Shown: in pieces, positions 9,207 through 18,284 of the stretch
How the letters are laid out: every line of letters starts with the position of its first letter
Numbering within the stretch: the stretch's first letter is position 1
Translations under genes and position numbers: made by a program
From: Desulfotalea psychrophila LSv54
Lineage (GTDB): Bacteria; Desulfobacterota; Desulfobulbia; Desulfobulbales; Desulfocapsaceae
DNA: 32,000 nucleotides
Reading direction: 5' to 3'
Assembly (NCBI RefSeq): GCF_000025945.1
Contig: NC_006138.1
Span: 2,760,001 to 2,792,000, forward strand
Notes under the pieces: generated by a model
What the model was told of the DNA's origin: nothing
Database searches by the model: none
Seen by the model: only the letters and a program-made list of their open reading frames with translations

Positions 9207-10685
9207 CTAAACTGAGAGAACAAGACGAAAGCCCACACGGCTGTTGCGGGCATCAGAAGCGATCCCAAAACGGAACGCAGAACGCAAAGCCCACGAACCG
9301 GCGCCGTCCCAATTACAACCACGAAGGACGCGATTAGATCCTAATGAAGGCCCCCTGGGGTTATTGCCAGGACTACTCTGATAATAGTATTTATCAAACC
9401 AGTCCTGGCACCACTCCCATACATTTCCAGACATATCATACAGACCTAAACCATTTGCCTGTTTCTTACCAACCGGATGGGTTGAACAGTTACTATTTCC
9501 ACCATACCAAGCAACCGCCTCAATATCATTACCCCCCGCATACAGCTCTCTCTTACCGCCACTGCGGGCTGCATATTCCCACTCTGCCTCGGTGGGCAGT
9601 CTGAATCTCATTCCACTTTGTTTATAAAGCTGTTCTATAAACGCCTGGGCATCATGCCAAGAAACAGTCTCCACTGGATAGGTGTCAGCTTTCTTAAAAC
9701 GTGAAGGATTGATCCCCATCACCTCTTCATACTGGGACTGAATAACAGGGTATTTACCTAGCCAAAAGCCATCCAGTTCCACCTCATGTACCGGTTTTTC
9801 GCAGTCAGCCCCTTGATCAAACTGATCTCCCATCTCAAAGCTACCAGCCGGTACCCAGATCATCTCGATATTGGTCATTGATTCTGTGTAATTGCGACCT
9901 GGAAGTGGCCATTTTCTGCTGGTTTCCAAAAGAGCTTGCAACTCATGCACAGTTCCCAAATCAAAGAGGTTACTACCTCCTGCCACTAATCTCTGCAGTT
10001 CTGCTATGACCTTTTCTGCACCTTCAATATCCAGAGCTTTAAGAGCCAGACGGCACTGTTTTTCATTTTTTTCCCAGCTATCCTGCAAAGCCAGTTTTTC
10101 TTTCTTCTCAGCCACGCACCTCACGCAGATAAACTCTGTCGGATCCTGATGCTCATGGCAGAGATGGTCACGACCGCAATTCGTGCATTTGAAGGTCTGG
10201 GCCAACTGGTTACGTTTACCGCAGAGTTCACATAAGACTGTGGATTCGGGCACTGGTTCGGGATGAGTTTTCGCCTGCTCCTGCTCCATCTTCTTGACAC
10301 AGAGCAGACAGACAAAATGTTCCCGATCAAGATGCTCCAGGCAGTAATGGTCTACCCCACATTCACGGCATTTGAAGGTGTCTTTTTCTTCGTTCAGTCG
10401 GCCACAGAGAGGGCATCTCTGCATGGATGCGCTGACAGGGGTCTGTTGTTGGCCACTAAGATTGACATTGATGGCACTGACCGATGCCTGACTAGAACCA
10501 CCATTATTGTTAATCTTGGTGGTACTCAATATATTTCCATCCAGATAGCCAATATCACCCATGCCAAGACCAGAGGATATATCTTGCTCGTTCAGCTCTT
10601 CGCCCACAGAACCACATACACCACAGAATTGTTGACCCTCTGCTATTATTTGACCACACTGTTTATTTGAACATCGCAAGGCCAC
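9207..10685 (-). CDS. Zinc-ribbon / tandem Cys-rich module / FGE-sulfatase (SUMF1-like) domain protein
   Basis: GTG start with a GAGAGAGGA SD. N-terminal CSNKQCG..CGVCG. Two 39-aa seven-Cys modules (aa 91-129 and 152-190). The C-terminal 220 aa carry FGE-sulfatase-type motifs (WVPAGSFEMG, VSWHDAQAF, RLPTEAEWEYAAR, GNVWEWCQDW, RGCNW, GFRLV). Confidence 0.85.
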   Translation of the reverse strand: MALRCSNKQCGQIIAEGQQFCGVCGSVGEELNEQDISSGLGMGDIGYLDGNILSTTKINNNGGSSQASVSAINVNLSGQQQTPVSASMQRCPLCGRLNEEKDTFKCRECGVDHYCLEHLDREHFVCLLCVKKMEQEQAKTHPEPVPESTVLCELCGKRNQLAQTFKCTNCGRDHLCHEHQDPTEFICVRCVAEKKEKLALQDSWEKNEKQCRLALKALDIEGAEKVIAELQRLVAGGSNLFDLGTVHELQALLETSRKWPLPGRNYTESMTNIEMIWVPAGSFEMGDQFDQGADCEKPVHEVELDGFWLGKYPVIQSQYEEVMGINPSRFKKADTYPVETVSWHDAQAFIEQLYKQSGMRFRLPTEAEWEYAARSGGKRELYAGGNDIEAVAWYGGNSNCSTHPVGKKQANGLGLYDMSGNVWEWCQDWFDKYYYQSSPGNNPRGPSLGSNRVLRGCNWDGAGSWALRSAFRFGIASDARNSRVGFRLVLSV

Positions 10686-10769
10686 TTATCGTCCTCTCTC
10701 AAATATTTTTGTAGTTACCAATACCCACCATCGACCTTTTATATCTGTCAGTTGGACACTATTTTTCAA

Positions 10770-12494
10770 TCACTTCATATTGAGCACATCTCTCATAGCT
10801 CGTGCGGCAATTGGCCCCGCCACCTTGGCACCCAGGCCACCATGCTCGACTATAACGGCCACTGCATATCTTGGCTTATCCGCAGGGGCAAGACCTACAA
10901 ACCAGGAGTGATCTGCTCTGCCTCTACCTGTTTCTGCTGTACCCGTTTTACCAAGCAGTTGGGTCGTTTCACCTTTAGGGAGGATAGAGCTCAAAATATA
11001 CTTGCCTCTGTACTTATAGAGCTTAGGAATTGAGTAACCAGTACCAGTCTGCATAACCTTCTTCATCATCTCAACAAGCATTTTGGCCGTATCCTTCCTA
11101 CAGCTTCTCCCCACCTCGCCCTTAGTATCTGGCCATTGATTAATAAGACCTACACTTGCATCATGGTCAGAGAAATAGGCTCCCCTCACCAGTCTTGGTT
11201 TCATCATCACTCCATCATTGCCGATAGCTGCAATGGTGAGAGCCATTTGCAGAGGCGTTGCCAGGACCACATTTTGGCCAATGGCACCCTGGGCCACCAG
11301 TTTGGGATTATTGTTAAAATTTAATGCTGTCCACTCCCTACCACTGTTCACAGCTGGATACCCTGCAAAGGCAAGCGACTGCAGACTGGTACTCTTTTTT
11401 CCTGCTGGTAACCAAGATCGATTAAAGCCAAAACGGTTTGCCTCTTTTAAAAGAAGAGGGCCAAGCCTCACCCCAATATCACTAAAAAAGACATTGCAGG
11501 AGACAGACACCGCCGTCTGCAGGCTCACCCAACCATGACCTCGTTTATTATGATCACTAATACCCAGTGTTTTATGACGTCCCCTACATCTCATGCCCCA
11601 TTTTATGTCAAAATCAGTTCGATCAGCCCAAGCGGCTGCTGTGACCAGCTTAAAGGTAGAGCCCGGCGGGTAGCGTCGTTCAAGCGTACGATTGACAAAG
11701 CCACTCCTATATCCTTTTTTAACTTCATCTTCCCAATACTTACCCGCTGGTTGACTTGGATCGAATGCCGGGGTTGAGACAGCGGCAAGCATTTCACCAC
11801 TATTAATATCAAGCACAACCACAGCACCGGTTTTATGTGCCATTGATTGATAAATTTTTTGTTGAACCGCTCCATCAATTGTAAGCTTTATATCTGTCGT
11901 TTTTTGTCGGCCACTTGCCAATCGATAAAAGGATGAAAAGGCGGAAGAGTGCTGCCGACCGGCAAGCCAGCTATTGAGTGTTTTTTCAAGGCCCTTTAAG
12001 CCATAAATGGGATGAGCCACCCCAAGAAGTGGTGCCGTAGCTAAACCCAAGGGATACTTTCTGGTAATGTTCCCCACCATACCCTGTATGGATTCGGCAA
12101 GAACAAGACCATTTCTATCAAGGATGCGGCCTCTATCCTCAAGGTTTTTACCTTGAGTTATACGATGGTTTGCAACCCTGAACCCATCACCGTCAATTTT
12201 GAATTTGTTGTTTTTATAGGAGAAAAAACGCGTTCTTTTACCAATAAACCGGGTAAGACGTTTACCGTACATCTGCTCTAATGCAGCCTGGTCAATGAAT
12301 ACCTCACCATTTTTTTCTGTAATAGCATCTGTTTGTTCAGCTATATAGATCTTATTAATTATTTTCTGCTCGATATATGGTGTATTGGTAAGATCGTCCC
12401 CCTGAATAATCACCCGAAAAAAAACCCCAAAGAGTAAGCCAAGAACAAGCAAAGCAAAAAAGATGAGCAGGGTGCTGATTCTTTTTCTATACAC
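10770..12494 (-). CDS. Class B penicillin-binding protein (PBP2/PbpA-like transpeptidase)
   Basis: N-terminal TM. STFK (SxxK), SCN (SxN), KTGTA. Start overlaps the upstream gene by 8 nt. Confidence 0.9.
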   Translation of the reverse strand: MYRKRISTLLIFFALLVLGLLFGVFFRVIIQGDDLTNTPYIEQKIINKIYIAEQTDAITEKNGEVFIDQAALEQMYGKRLTRFIGKRTRFFSYKNNKFKIDGDGFRVANHRITQGKNLEDRGRILDRNGLVLAESIQGMVGNITRKYPLGLATAPLLGVAHPIYGLKGLEKTLNSWLAGRQHSSAFSSFYRLASGRQKTTDIKLTIDGAVQQKIYQSMAHKTGAVVVLDINSGEMLAAVSTPAFDPSQPAGKYWEDEVKKGYRSGFVNRTLERRYPPGSTFKLVTAAAWADRTDFDIKWGMRCRGRHKTLGISDHNKRGHGWVSLQTAVSVSCNVFFSDIGVRLGPLLLKEANRFGFNRSWLPAGKKSTSLQSLAFAGYPAVNSGREWTALNFNNNPKLVAQGAIGQNVVLATPLQMALTIAAIGNDGVMMKPRLVRGAYFSDHDASVGLINQWPDTKGEVGRSCRKDTAKMLVEMMKKVMQTGTGYSIPKLYKYRGKYILSSILPKGETTQLLGKTGTAETGRGRADHSWFVGLAPADKPRYAVAVIVEHGGLGAKVAGPIAARAMRDVLNMK

Positions 12495-13122
12495 TTTGCA
12501 GCTCCTCTCTGGCTAATCGTGGGAGAAAATTCTCTTCAAGCCAACGAGACACCTCTACTTCAAGCAGGTACACTCTCAAGCCTCTTTGTTTTAAAATCCA
12601 GTTTATACTCTCACTGTTTTTGCACCCGCAGAGCAGTTTCTGAACAAAACCATATGTTTTCGCTATATACTGAACAAGCGTTGAGACCTGCGCAGAGGCA
12701 AGACTTTTGCTGGTTCTATCGAAGGGTGTAAACGACAAATCCAGGAATTGAAGCGGAAGTAGTCCATCACGAACCAGCCCCTGCTCTAATGCTTGTAAAC
12801 ACGCTCTGGGAAGTTTTTGAGCCAGATATACAGCAAATCCTTCATCGAGCCCGACAGGAAGATTAGCGCCGGTATACTCTCTCATCATAAAGTGTACACA
12901 TTCATGACAGACCATATTGGCAAGGGCCGTATCGTTTGGCACCTTTTCTTCTGTTACCGCCATCCTTATAATGCGCCAACTATCGACACCAACCCAAGTA
13001 AGCAGCTCACCTTTATTAATTATGGCGTGGCTATCTATCCACTGTCTCCAATCAGGGTAGACCTCTATTATAAGTGAAGCTGTAAAGCCCTCCATCAACT
13101 CAATATTACAATCACAGGTCAT
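12487..13122 (-). CDS. HExxH metallopeptidase-like protein (peptidase MA-like)
   Basis: HECVHFMMRE (HExxH) followed by GLDEGFAVYLAQ, the third-ligand Glu pattern of gluzincin/Peptidase_MA_2-type proteins. ATG overlaps the SEDS stop (TAATG). Stop overlaps the bPBP start. Confidence 0.6.
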   Translation of the reverse strand: MTCDCNIELMEGFTASLIIEVYPDWRQWIDSHAIINKGELLTWVGVDSWRIIRMAVTEEKVPNDTALANMVCHECVHFMMREYTGANLPVGLDEGFAVYLAQKLPRACLQALEQGLVRDGLLPLQFLDLSFTPFDRTSKSLASAQVSTLVQYIAKTYGFVQKLLCGCKNSESINWILKQRGLRVYLLEVEVSRWLEENFLPRLAREELQSV

Positions 13123-14687
13123 TATTCTTTGCCCTCACACAGAGTAGTAAGGACTTCTTTTGACATGCTGATGGAAGAGATCTGCATAATAAGGGCCAGA
13201 CTAATAAAGTTCATAATCAACGAGCTACCACCAAAACTGATGAAGGGCAGAGTGATGCCTGTCAAAGGCAGCAGAGCAAGATTGCCACCGACAATCACCA
13301 TGGTCTGTAACAACCACAGGCAGCCAAGCCCGGTGCCAAGTAACTGTAGATAGGGTTCATTGCACCTCTGAGCTGATCGCACTGAAACATAGGCAAGTGA
13401 TGCAAAGCAGACAAGCACTGAAAGCGCGCCAAAAAAGCCCCACTCTTCAACAATGGCCGCAAAGTTAAAATCAGACCAGACCACTGGAATCTTATAGGCC
13501 ATTCCTGCCCCCGGCCCCACTCCAAACCAGCCTCCACTCGCCGCAGCCCAAAGCGATTCTGCAATGTTCTGCGAATAAAGAAATGGTTCAAACCACATAT
13601 CAAGACGTGTTCTCACCATGGAAGGATAGCCAAAGCTATAGCTCAAGGCTCCAGCTGCGACCATAATGATGATGCCGCTCAGGGCCGAAATCCCTGAGCC
13701 GCTACCAAGATAAAAAAGCAAAAGAAAAAGAGTAAACAACAAGGCTGTGGGGCCGAGATCTTTCTGCAAAAAAATCGGAAGAAGGACGAGAATCCACATA
13801 ATAAAATAGGGGGCAAGGTATCTCCCCCGAGGCAATCCCAGGAGATGGCGGCCTCGCTCCATGAAACCACCTTCAAACCTGAAATAACTCACCATAAAAA
13901 AGAGCGCCATTATCTTTACAAGCTCAACGCTTTGGAAATTCATCACCCCAAGGTTTATGGAGAGCCTCCTACCGTGCATCTCGGTGCCAACAACTGCGGT
14001 AAGACAGATGAGCACAATAGAACCAAAGGCATATATGTAGCGAAAGCGGGTTAGTCGTTCAATTCGCTGAGGAGTCAAGTAAAGCAGAGCTACCATGAAA
14101 GCAATCAGAGAAAACAAAAAGGAGATATACTGATTCCAAAAAAGAAAGGTGAAACCTGCTTTATGGCTCTTAATGGCAATATCCGGTCCCAACCGATAAA
14201 GGAGGACAAGACCAGTGCCAACAAGCATGGTAACCATTGGCAGCAGAGGTGAGGCACGTAGAGGTATTTTAATATTTAAAAACAGATGGATCAGCCAAAT
14301 AGGCACAAGATATAGCCCCACGGCCAGAAGCGACTGAGAGAAGACGCTGATACCGGGCAGGAAGGGAAAGGTATTCCAATGCTCACCGCCATGGAGCAGC
14401 CTGCCCTGTCCTGCCAGCACGAAAAGAGCCAACAGAATAATAGAAAACCCCATAAGCGAGATGGCTTCGTTCCTTCGAATTGCAGCAGCTTCTGGTTTTT
14501 CACCCTCGGTCCATAAATAAAGTGTAGCACACAACCAGCTTAAGAGAGCTACGATCACTATTACATGACAGGTAAAATGAAAATTATGACCAATAAACAA
14601 AGCAGAACCAATACGGTACAGCAACAGACCAGCGAGACACAGTAAAACAACCTTAAGCAACAATACATTTTTCCTGCTCACAGGCAC
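13122..14687 (-). CDS. SEDS-family peptidoglycan polymerase (RodA/FtsW-like), 521 aa with an extended N-terminal TM region
   Basis: Polytopic membrane protein with SEDS signatures GGWFGVGPGAG and LPLTGITLPFISFGGSSL. GTG start overlaps the FHA gene by 10 nt. Confidence 0.9.
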   Translation of the reverse strand: MPVSRKNVLLLKVVLLCLAGLLLYRIGSALFIGHNFHFTCHVIVIVALLSWLCATLYLWTEGEKPEAAAIRRNEAISLMGFSIILLALFVLAGQGRLLHGGEHWNTFPFLPGISVFSQSLLAVGLYLVPIWLIHLFLNIKIPLRASPLLPMVTMLVGTGLVLLYRLGPDIAIKSHKAGFTFLFWNQYISFLFSLIAFMVALLYLTPQRIERLTRFRYIYAFGSIVLICLTAVVGTEMHGRRLSINLGVMNFQSVELVKIMALFFMVSYFRFEGGFMERGRHLLGLPRGRYLAPYFIMWILVLLPIFLQKDLGPTALLFTLFLLLFYLGSGSGISALSGIIIMVAAGALSYSFGYPSMVRTRLDMWFEPFLYSQNIAESLWAAASGGWFGVGPGAGMAYKIPVVWSDFNFAAIVEEWGFFGALSVLVCFASLAYVSVRSAQRCNEPYLQLLGTGLGCLWLLQTMVIVGGNLALLPLTGITLPFISFGGSSLIMNFISLALIMQISSISMSKEVLTTLCEGKE

Positions 14688-15367
14688 ACCTCGATTTTGC
14701 TGGCTCCCAGTTGTAGGACATCACCATTATTTAAGACATAAACACCTATTATTCTGTGTTGATTAATGAGTGTACCGTTACCTGAAGCAAGATCTTCAAT
14801 TGTTGCGCATGATTCATCTATAGTCAGTTGACAATGTTTCCTGGAAACAAGATGATCTTCCTGACCAATCTGAACATCCGCCTCCGCACCTCTTCCGATG
14901 ATATATGTACCCGTTCCAAGCTCAATTGGTTCAGGCTGCTTCTCTGAAATTATATGAAAGGCAACACAACTCTTTGCAGGTTTTTGGGTAAAGAGAGGAT
15001 CGTGCTCCACAACTTCTTCCAGTTCCTCCACAACAGGTCTTGAACAGCTTGATTTAATTAGGGCTTTTTCACCAAGTCTTCCGCCATCTGCAATGGTAAC
15101 TTGAGGAGGAGATCGCAAAAATGAATATTTTTGGGAAGAGGCAAGGCCGATGAGTAGAGTAGAGAGCTCTTTTTCTAAAGAGGGTAAGAATGGTTTATGC
15201 TCTTTAAATTCGGCGGAATCGAACAGTATCTCATATCTGTCAGATATCACGGTAATATCTCTGAATACTTTCTTGCTCTTTGACATCTCACCTGTCAAAA
15301 GAGTTACAAGATCACACCCACCCATTCTTTTCTTAAAAAGAAACACATTTTTAAGCAGGTTTAGCAT
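14678..15367 (-). CDS. FHA-domain protein (FhaB-like position)
   Basis: C-terminal FHA pattern YIIGRGAEADVQIGQEDHLVSRKHCQL..DLASGNGTLIN..L.NGDVLQLG. Confidence 0.85.
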   Translation of the reverse strand: MLNLLKNVFLFKKRMGGCDLVTLLTGEMSKSKKVFRDITVISDRYEILFDSAEFKEHKPFLPSLEKELSTLLIGLASSQKYSFLRSPPQVTIADGGRLGEKALIKSSCSRPVVEELEEVVEHDPLFTQKPAKSCVAFHIISEKQPEPIELGTGTYIIGRGAEADVQIGQEDHLVSRKHCQLTIDESCATIEDLASGNGTLINQHRIIGVYVLNNGDVLQLGASKIEVCL

Positions 15368-16015
15368 ATTTTTTCTGCCTCTACTTTTTCAGGGCTGATA
15401 AAAGAAAGGAACCATCCTGTGAAACACCGAGACGCCAGTAGTTCCAAGAAAGCATCCAATAACAATAGGATTCAATCTATTTTTCCACATAGTTCCAGTT
15501 AATATCAACAATATTATTATTTTCAGCCTATTTTCCCTGACTAAAACATCACTTCCTGCCGGAGTAATATAATAAGGGCAACAGGCTAAAATTTGAAAAG
15601 TGGCCCTACCCCTGATATGGTTAAGTCCACATTAACTCGTTATAATATGAGGGATAGGAGGCTCAGATAGTTAGACAAAGGCGGAGAAAATATGATGCCG
15701 ATTTTAAACGTTCGACCCCAAAATAATGAAAGTAAAAATTCAATCACTTTTTGAATACGGCGGCACAGAAAGACGCATCTTTCCTCAACCGAAAAAATGG
15801 GCTCAAATATGGAAAATGCTTCCAGATAAAAATCATAAAGGTTCTGGGTGACAGCCACTGCTCCCCCTGAATTTGGGGGGCATGGTGACACACTACAACT
15901 AGCGAAAAGAAGGACAAATTTAAACTGCACTTAATGTAGAGCGAAGAAAAGGGCATTTTGAGTCAAGTGAATTCATTTTAACGACAATTGACAGAAAAGG
16001 ATTGGTGAATAATAG

Positions 16016-16450
16016 ATGAGTGATTTGCCTGAGTATGTAAAAAACACCTTGGATGAATGGGATTCAATATCCTACTTTGCGTATGATTGTTATGAAAAGG
16101 TAGGAAGGGTTGCTGTCGGAATTGAGGCTGACCCTGACAATCCTGCTGGCGCAAGACTCCTAGCTTTTCAATACGATTTTCAAGACGGGAAACCTGACAA
16201 AAAAACAGCTCAGATATTAGAGATTTACGACCCTGAAAATGAAATTGTAATTCAGTTCATGCATGATGACGGACAAGTTCAGACTCTAAAATTAAGAACT
16301 GCACCAGACGCTCGTCATCCCAAACGGATTTTCTTTTTTGAAACTTTACGCAAGTTATCAGAGGAACCATCTACAGTTAATTTATCTGAACTGCCAGCAT
16401 GGATGATAGAGGCGTTAGAACAATTGGATGAAATAAAGAAAGATCAATAA
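16016..16450 (+). CDS. Hypothetical acidic protein, 144 aa
   Basis: Clean ATG ORF with coding-like composition. It is the only plus-strand gene between 3.2 and 19.5 kb. No motif recognised. Confidence 0.55.
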   Translation: MSDLPEYVKNTLDEWDSISYFAYDCYEKVGRVAVGIEADPDNPAGARLLAFQYDFQDGKPDKKTAQILEIYDPENEIVIQFMHDDGQVQTLKLRTAPDARHPKRIFFFETLRKLSEEPSTVNLSELPAWMIEALEQLDEIKKDQ

Positions 16451-16626
16451 GGTCGAAAATTGCGCTCGCCAGACGGCAAAAATCACGATGGTGCTATCGC
16501 GACAAGTTTGGATAAGCCGCTGGTAATGCAAGGCATTATGGGTGCAAAAATGACTCATAATATATTCAAGTCATGTATAGAAAATTCGATGAAAGTATTT
16601 TGGGTCGTGTTGCCAAATTGTTGTTT

Positions 16627-17029
16627 AGCAAAATTCTCTCTCTATCTGCGATAACATGCAGCCCGGTGCTTTTTGAAAACCCGATTGTTTTACGGTTGAG
16701 TCGCTTCAGCCTCGTTCGCAAATTCAGATTCTGTCGTTCGATTCATGAACACAGCTTTCTCACAGCTTTTCAGAAGGTAATTCAGCACGATAGGTTTCAA
16801 GCTGTCCATGCAGAAAAGCCTTATATCGAAAGATGGCAACAACCACAGAAGTGACTTGCATGCTTCGGTATCCTGCCGAAAGCATGGGCGATGATCGGCC
16901 AGCGTAGTTTCCATGCACCCCACCTTAAGAACCCTTGCCATGCCGCCTTAGCATCAGTGCTACCACAAAATCGACACTACCTTTACTATGACCATACCAG
17001 AACCTTAAAAAAAATGACTATACCATCAC
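16627..17029 (-). mobile_element. Truncated group II intron, 5' (domain I) fragment, copy A
   Basis: The minus strand starts GTGATGG and contains, in order, TTTTAAGGTTCTGG, TCGATATAAGG and ACAGAATCTGAATTTGCG. From memory these resemble Ll.LtrB domain I strings (GTTTAAGGTACTAC, CAGATATAAGG, GAGAATCTGAATTTACC). No domain V/VI and no RT ORF. Bounded by half-palindrome motifs at 16602-16627 and 17032-17051. Confidence 0.5.
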
Positions 17030-17195
17030 TTCAACGTTTTGGCATCACGCCTAACAATATGGCAACACGAGCAAAATTTGCCTTAAGTGGGAAATCAGAG
17101 AAGCGGAAACTACTTTAGCTGTTTTGCTTGAAACACTTATTAAAAAATATAGAAGGCTTAGTTACTGGGACAGTAAATCTATCATTTATTTTATA

Positions 17196-17738
17196 CTATT
17201 CGAACAACCAATAACGAGTAGGGTTGTCCGGGCATTGGCCGAGACCGCATTCGGCAAAAGTCAACACGACCAAAGTTAAACTCAGTGTTATGGCAAAAAT
17301 AGTAATATAGCGAGTAGCCTTATCACGTTGCTGAACAATCATCCCCAAAGTGATAGTTCTCTCTTGAAGTAACATTATAGCTGAAAATACTAAGGAACAG
17401 AAAAAGGCTATACCGGCCCAGGTATACATATGGTAGCCCCAAATTGGAGCACCATAGTTGCCTGTCCCGGGCACTATATGAAGTAGTATTTGACGAACGG
17501 AACCAGCCATGCCAAATAGGGCACTTATAAGAATTATGCCGTAGTGGGAAGTTCTCATTCCAAAATTGAGATTTAGGACAGCTCCGATTAGCATACATAC
17601 AAACGCTAAACGTTGGAGCATGCAAAGTGGGCAAGGCAATTCGCCAAGGAATAACTGAATTACAAGAGAGGAAATCAGTATCCCTCCTACCACAAAAATG
17701 AACAGGAAATTCAAGAATCTAGCGATAGATATTGGCAT
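17196..17738 (-). CDS. DsbB-family disulfide bond formation protein
   Basis: Four-TM protein with ELPCPLCMLQR (CxxC followed by QR at the end of TM1) and a C-terminal Cys pair (AECGLGQC). GGGAG SD 6 nt before the ATG at 17738; the tracked start 17783 is less likely. Confidence 0.7.
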   Translation of the reverse strand: MPISIARFLNFLFIFVVGGILISSLVIQLFLGELPCPLCMLQRLAFVCMLIGAVLNLNFGMRTSHYGIILISALFGMAGSVRQILLHIVPGTGNYGAPIWGYHMYTWAGIAFFCSLVFSAIMLLQERTITLGMIVQQRDKATRYITIFAITLSLTLVVLTFAECGLGQCPDNPTRYWLFE

Positions 17739-17757
17739 TATATCTCCCGAGATAAGA

Positions 17758-17913
17758 TTATAAATTGATATTGATAGAATCACTCATATGATGAACCAAC
17801 CACATAATTCCCAATGCCAACGTTACAAATGATGTCAATATTGCCGGTTGTCTCAAACCTTTATAAATAAGACCGAAAACTATGACTGTTAGAGTAAAAA
17901 GAATGCCCGTCAT
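17758..17913 (-). CDS. Small (51 aa) two-TM membrane peptide just upstream of the DsbB-family gene
   Basis: GGAGG SD 6 nt before the ATG. MTGILFTLTVIVFGLIYKGLRQPAILTSFVTLALGIMWLVHHMSDSININL. Below the ORF-track size cutoff. Stops 19 nt before the dsbB-like start. Confidence 0.35.
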   Translation of the reverse strand: MTGILFTLTVIVFGLIYKGLRQPAILTSFVTLALGIMWLVHHMSDSININL

Positions 17914-17980
17914 ATGTTCACCTCCAAAAAAAATTAATTTTCATAGTGTTTCAAAATAGGGTCGTGTTGGCAAAATTAAA

Positions 17981-18284
17981 TTTTGTCGTTCGATTCATGG
18001 CCACAGCTTCCCCACAGCTTTTCAGCAGGCAATTCAGCACGATAGGCTTCAAGCTGTCCATGTAGAAAAACCTTATATTGAAAGGTGGCAACAACCCCAG
18101 AAATAATTTGCATGCTTCGCTATCCTGCCGAAAGCATGAAGGATGATCGTCCAACGTAGTTCCCATGCACCCCACCTTAAGGCCCCTTACCGCGCCGTCC
18201 TGCCTCATCAGTGCCAGCACAAAACCGACACTACTTTTACTGTAGCCATACCAGAACCTTAAAAAAGAGTGCCGATAGCATCAC
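17981..18284 (-). mobile_element. Truncated group II intron, 5' fragment, copy B (direct repeat of copy A, shorter)
   Basis: About 85% identical by eye to 16730-17029. Starts GTGATGC on the minus strand. Bounded by motifs at 17958-17976 and 18287-18307. This repeat explains the similar shadow ORFs 16690..16941 and 17951..18220. Confidence 0.5.

Noticed and set aside
15726-16013. 40-codon ORF (MKVKIQSLFEYGGTERRIFPQPKKWAQIWKMLPDKNHKGSG) whose frame continues through TGA, TAG and TAA stops up to the next gene
   Set aside because: It might be a decayed small gene. It has no SD, and my only support is a vague recollection of similar small proteins, which is not enough to call it.
16690-18220. Two similar 83-89 aa minus-strand ORFs (16690..16941 and 17951..18220) that look like a small protein family
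   Set aside because: The similarity comes from the repeated intron-like RNA fragment. The sequence is Cys/Arg/Leu-rich and unlike a protein, and the starts differ.
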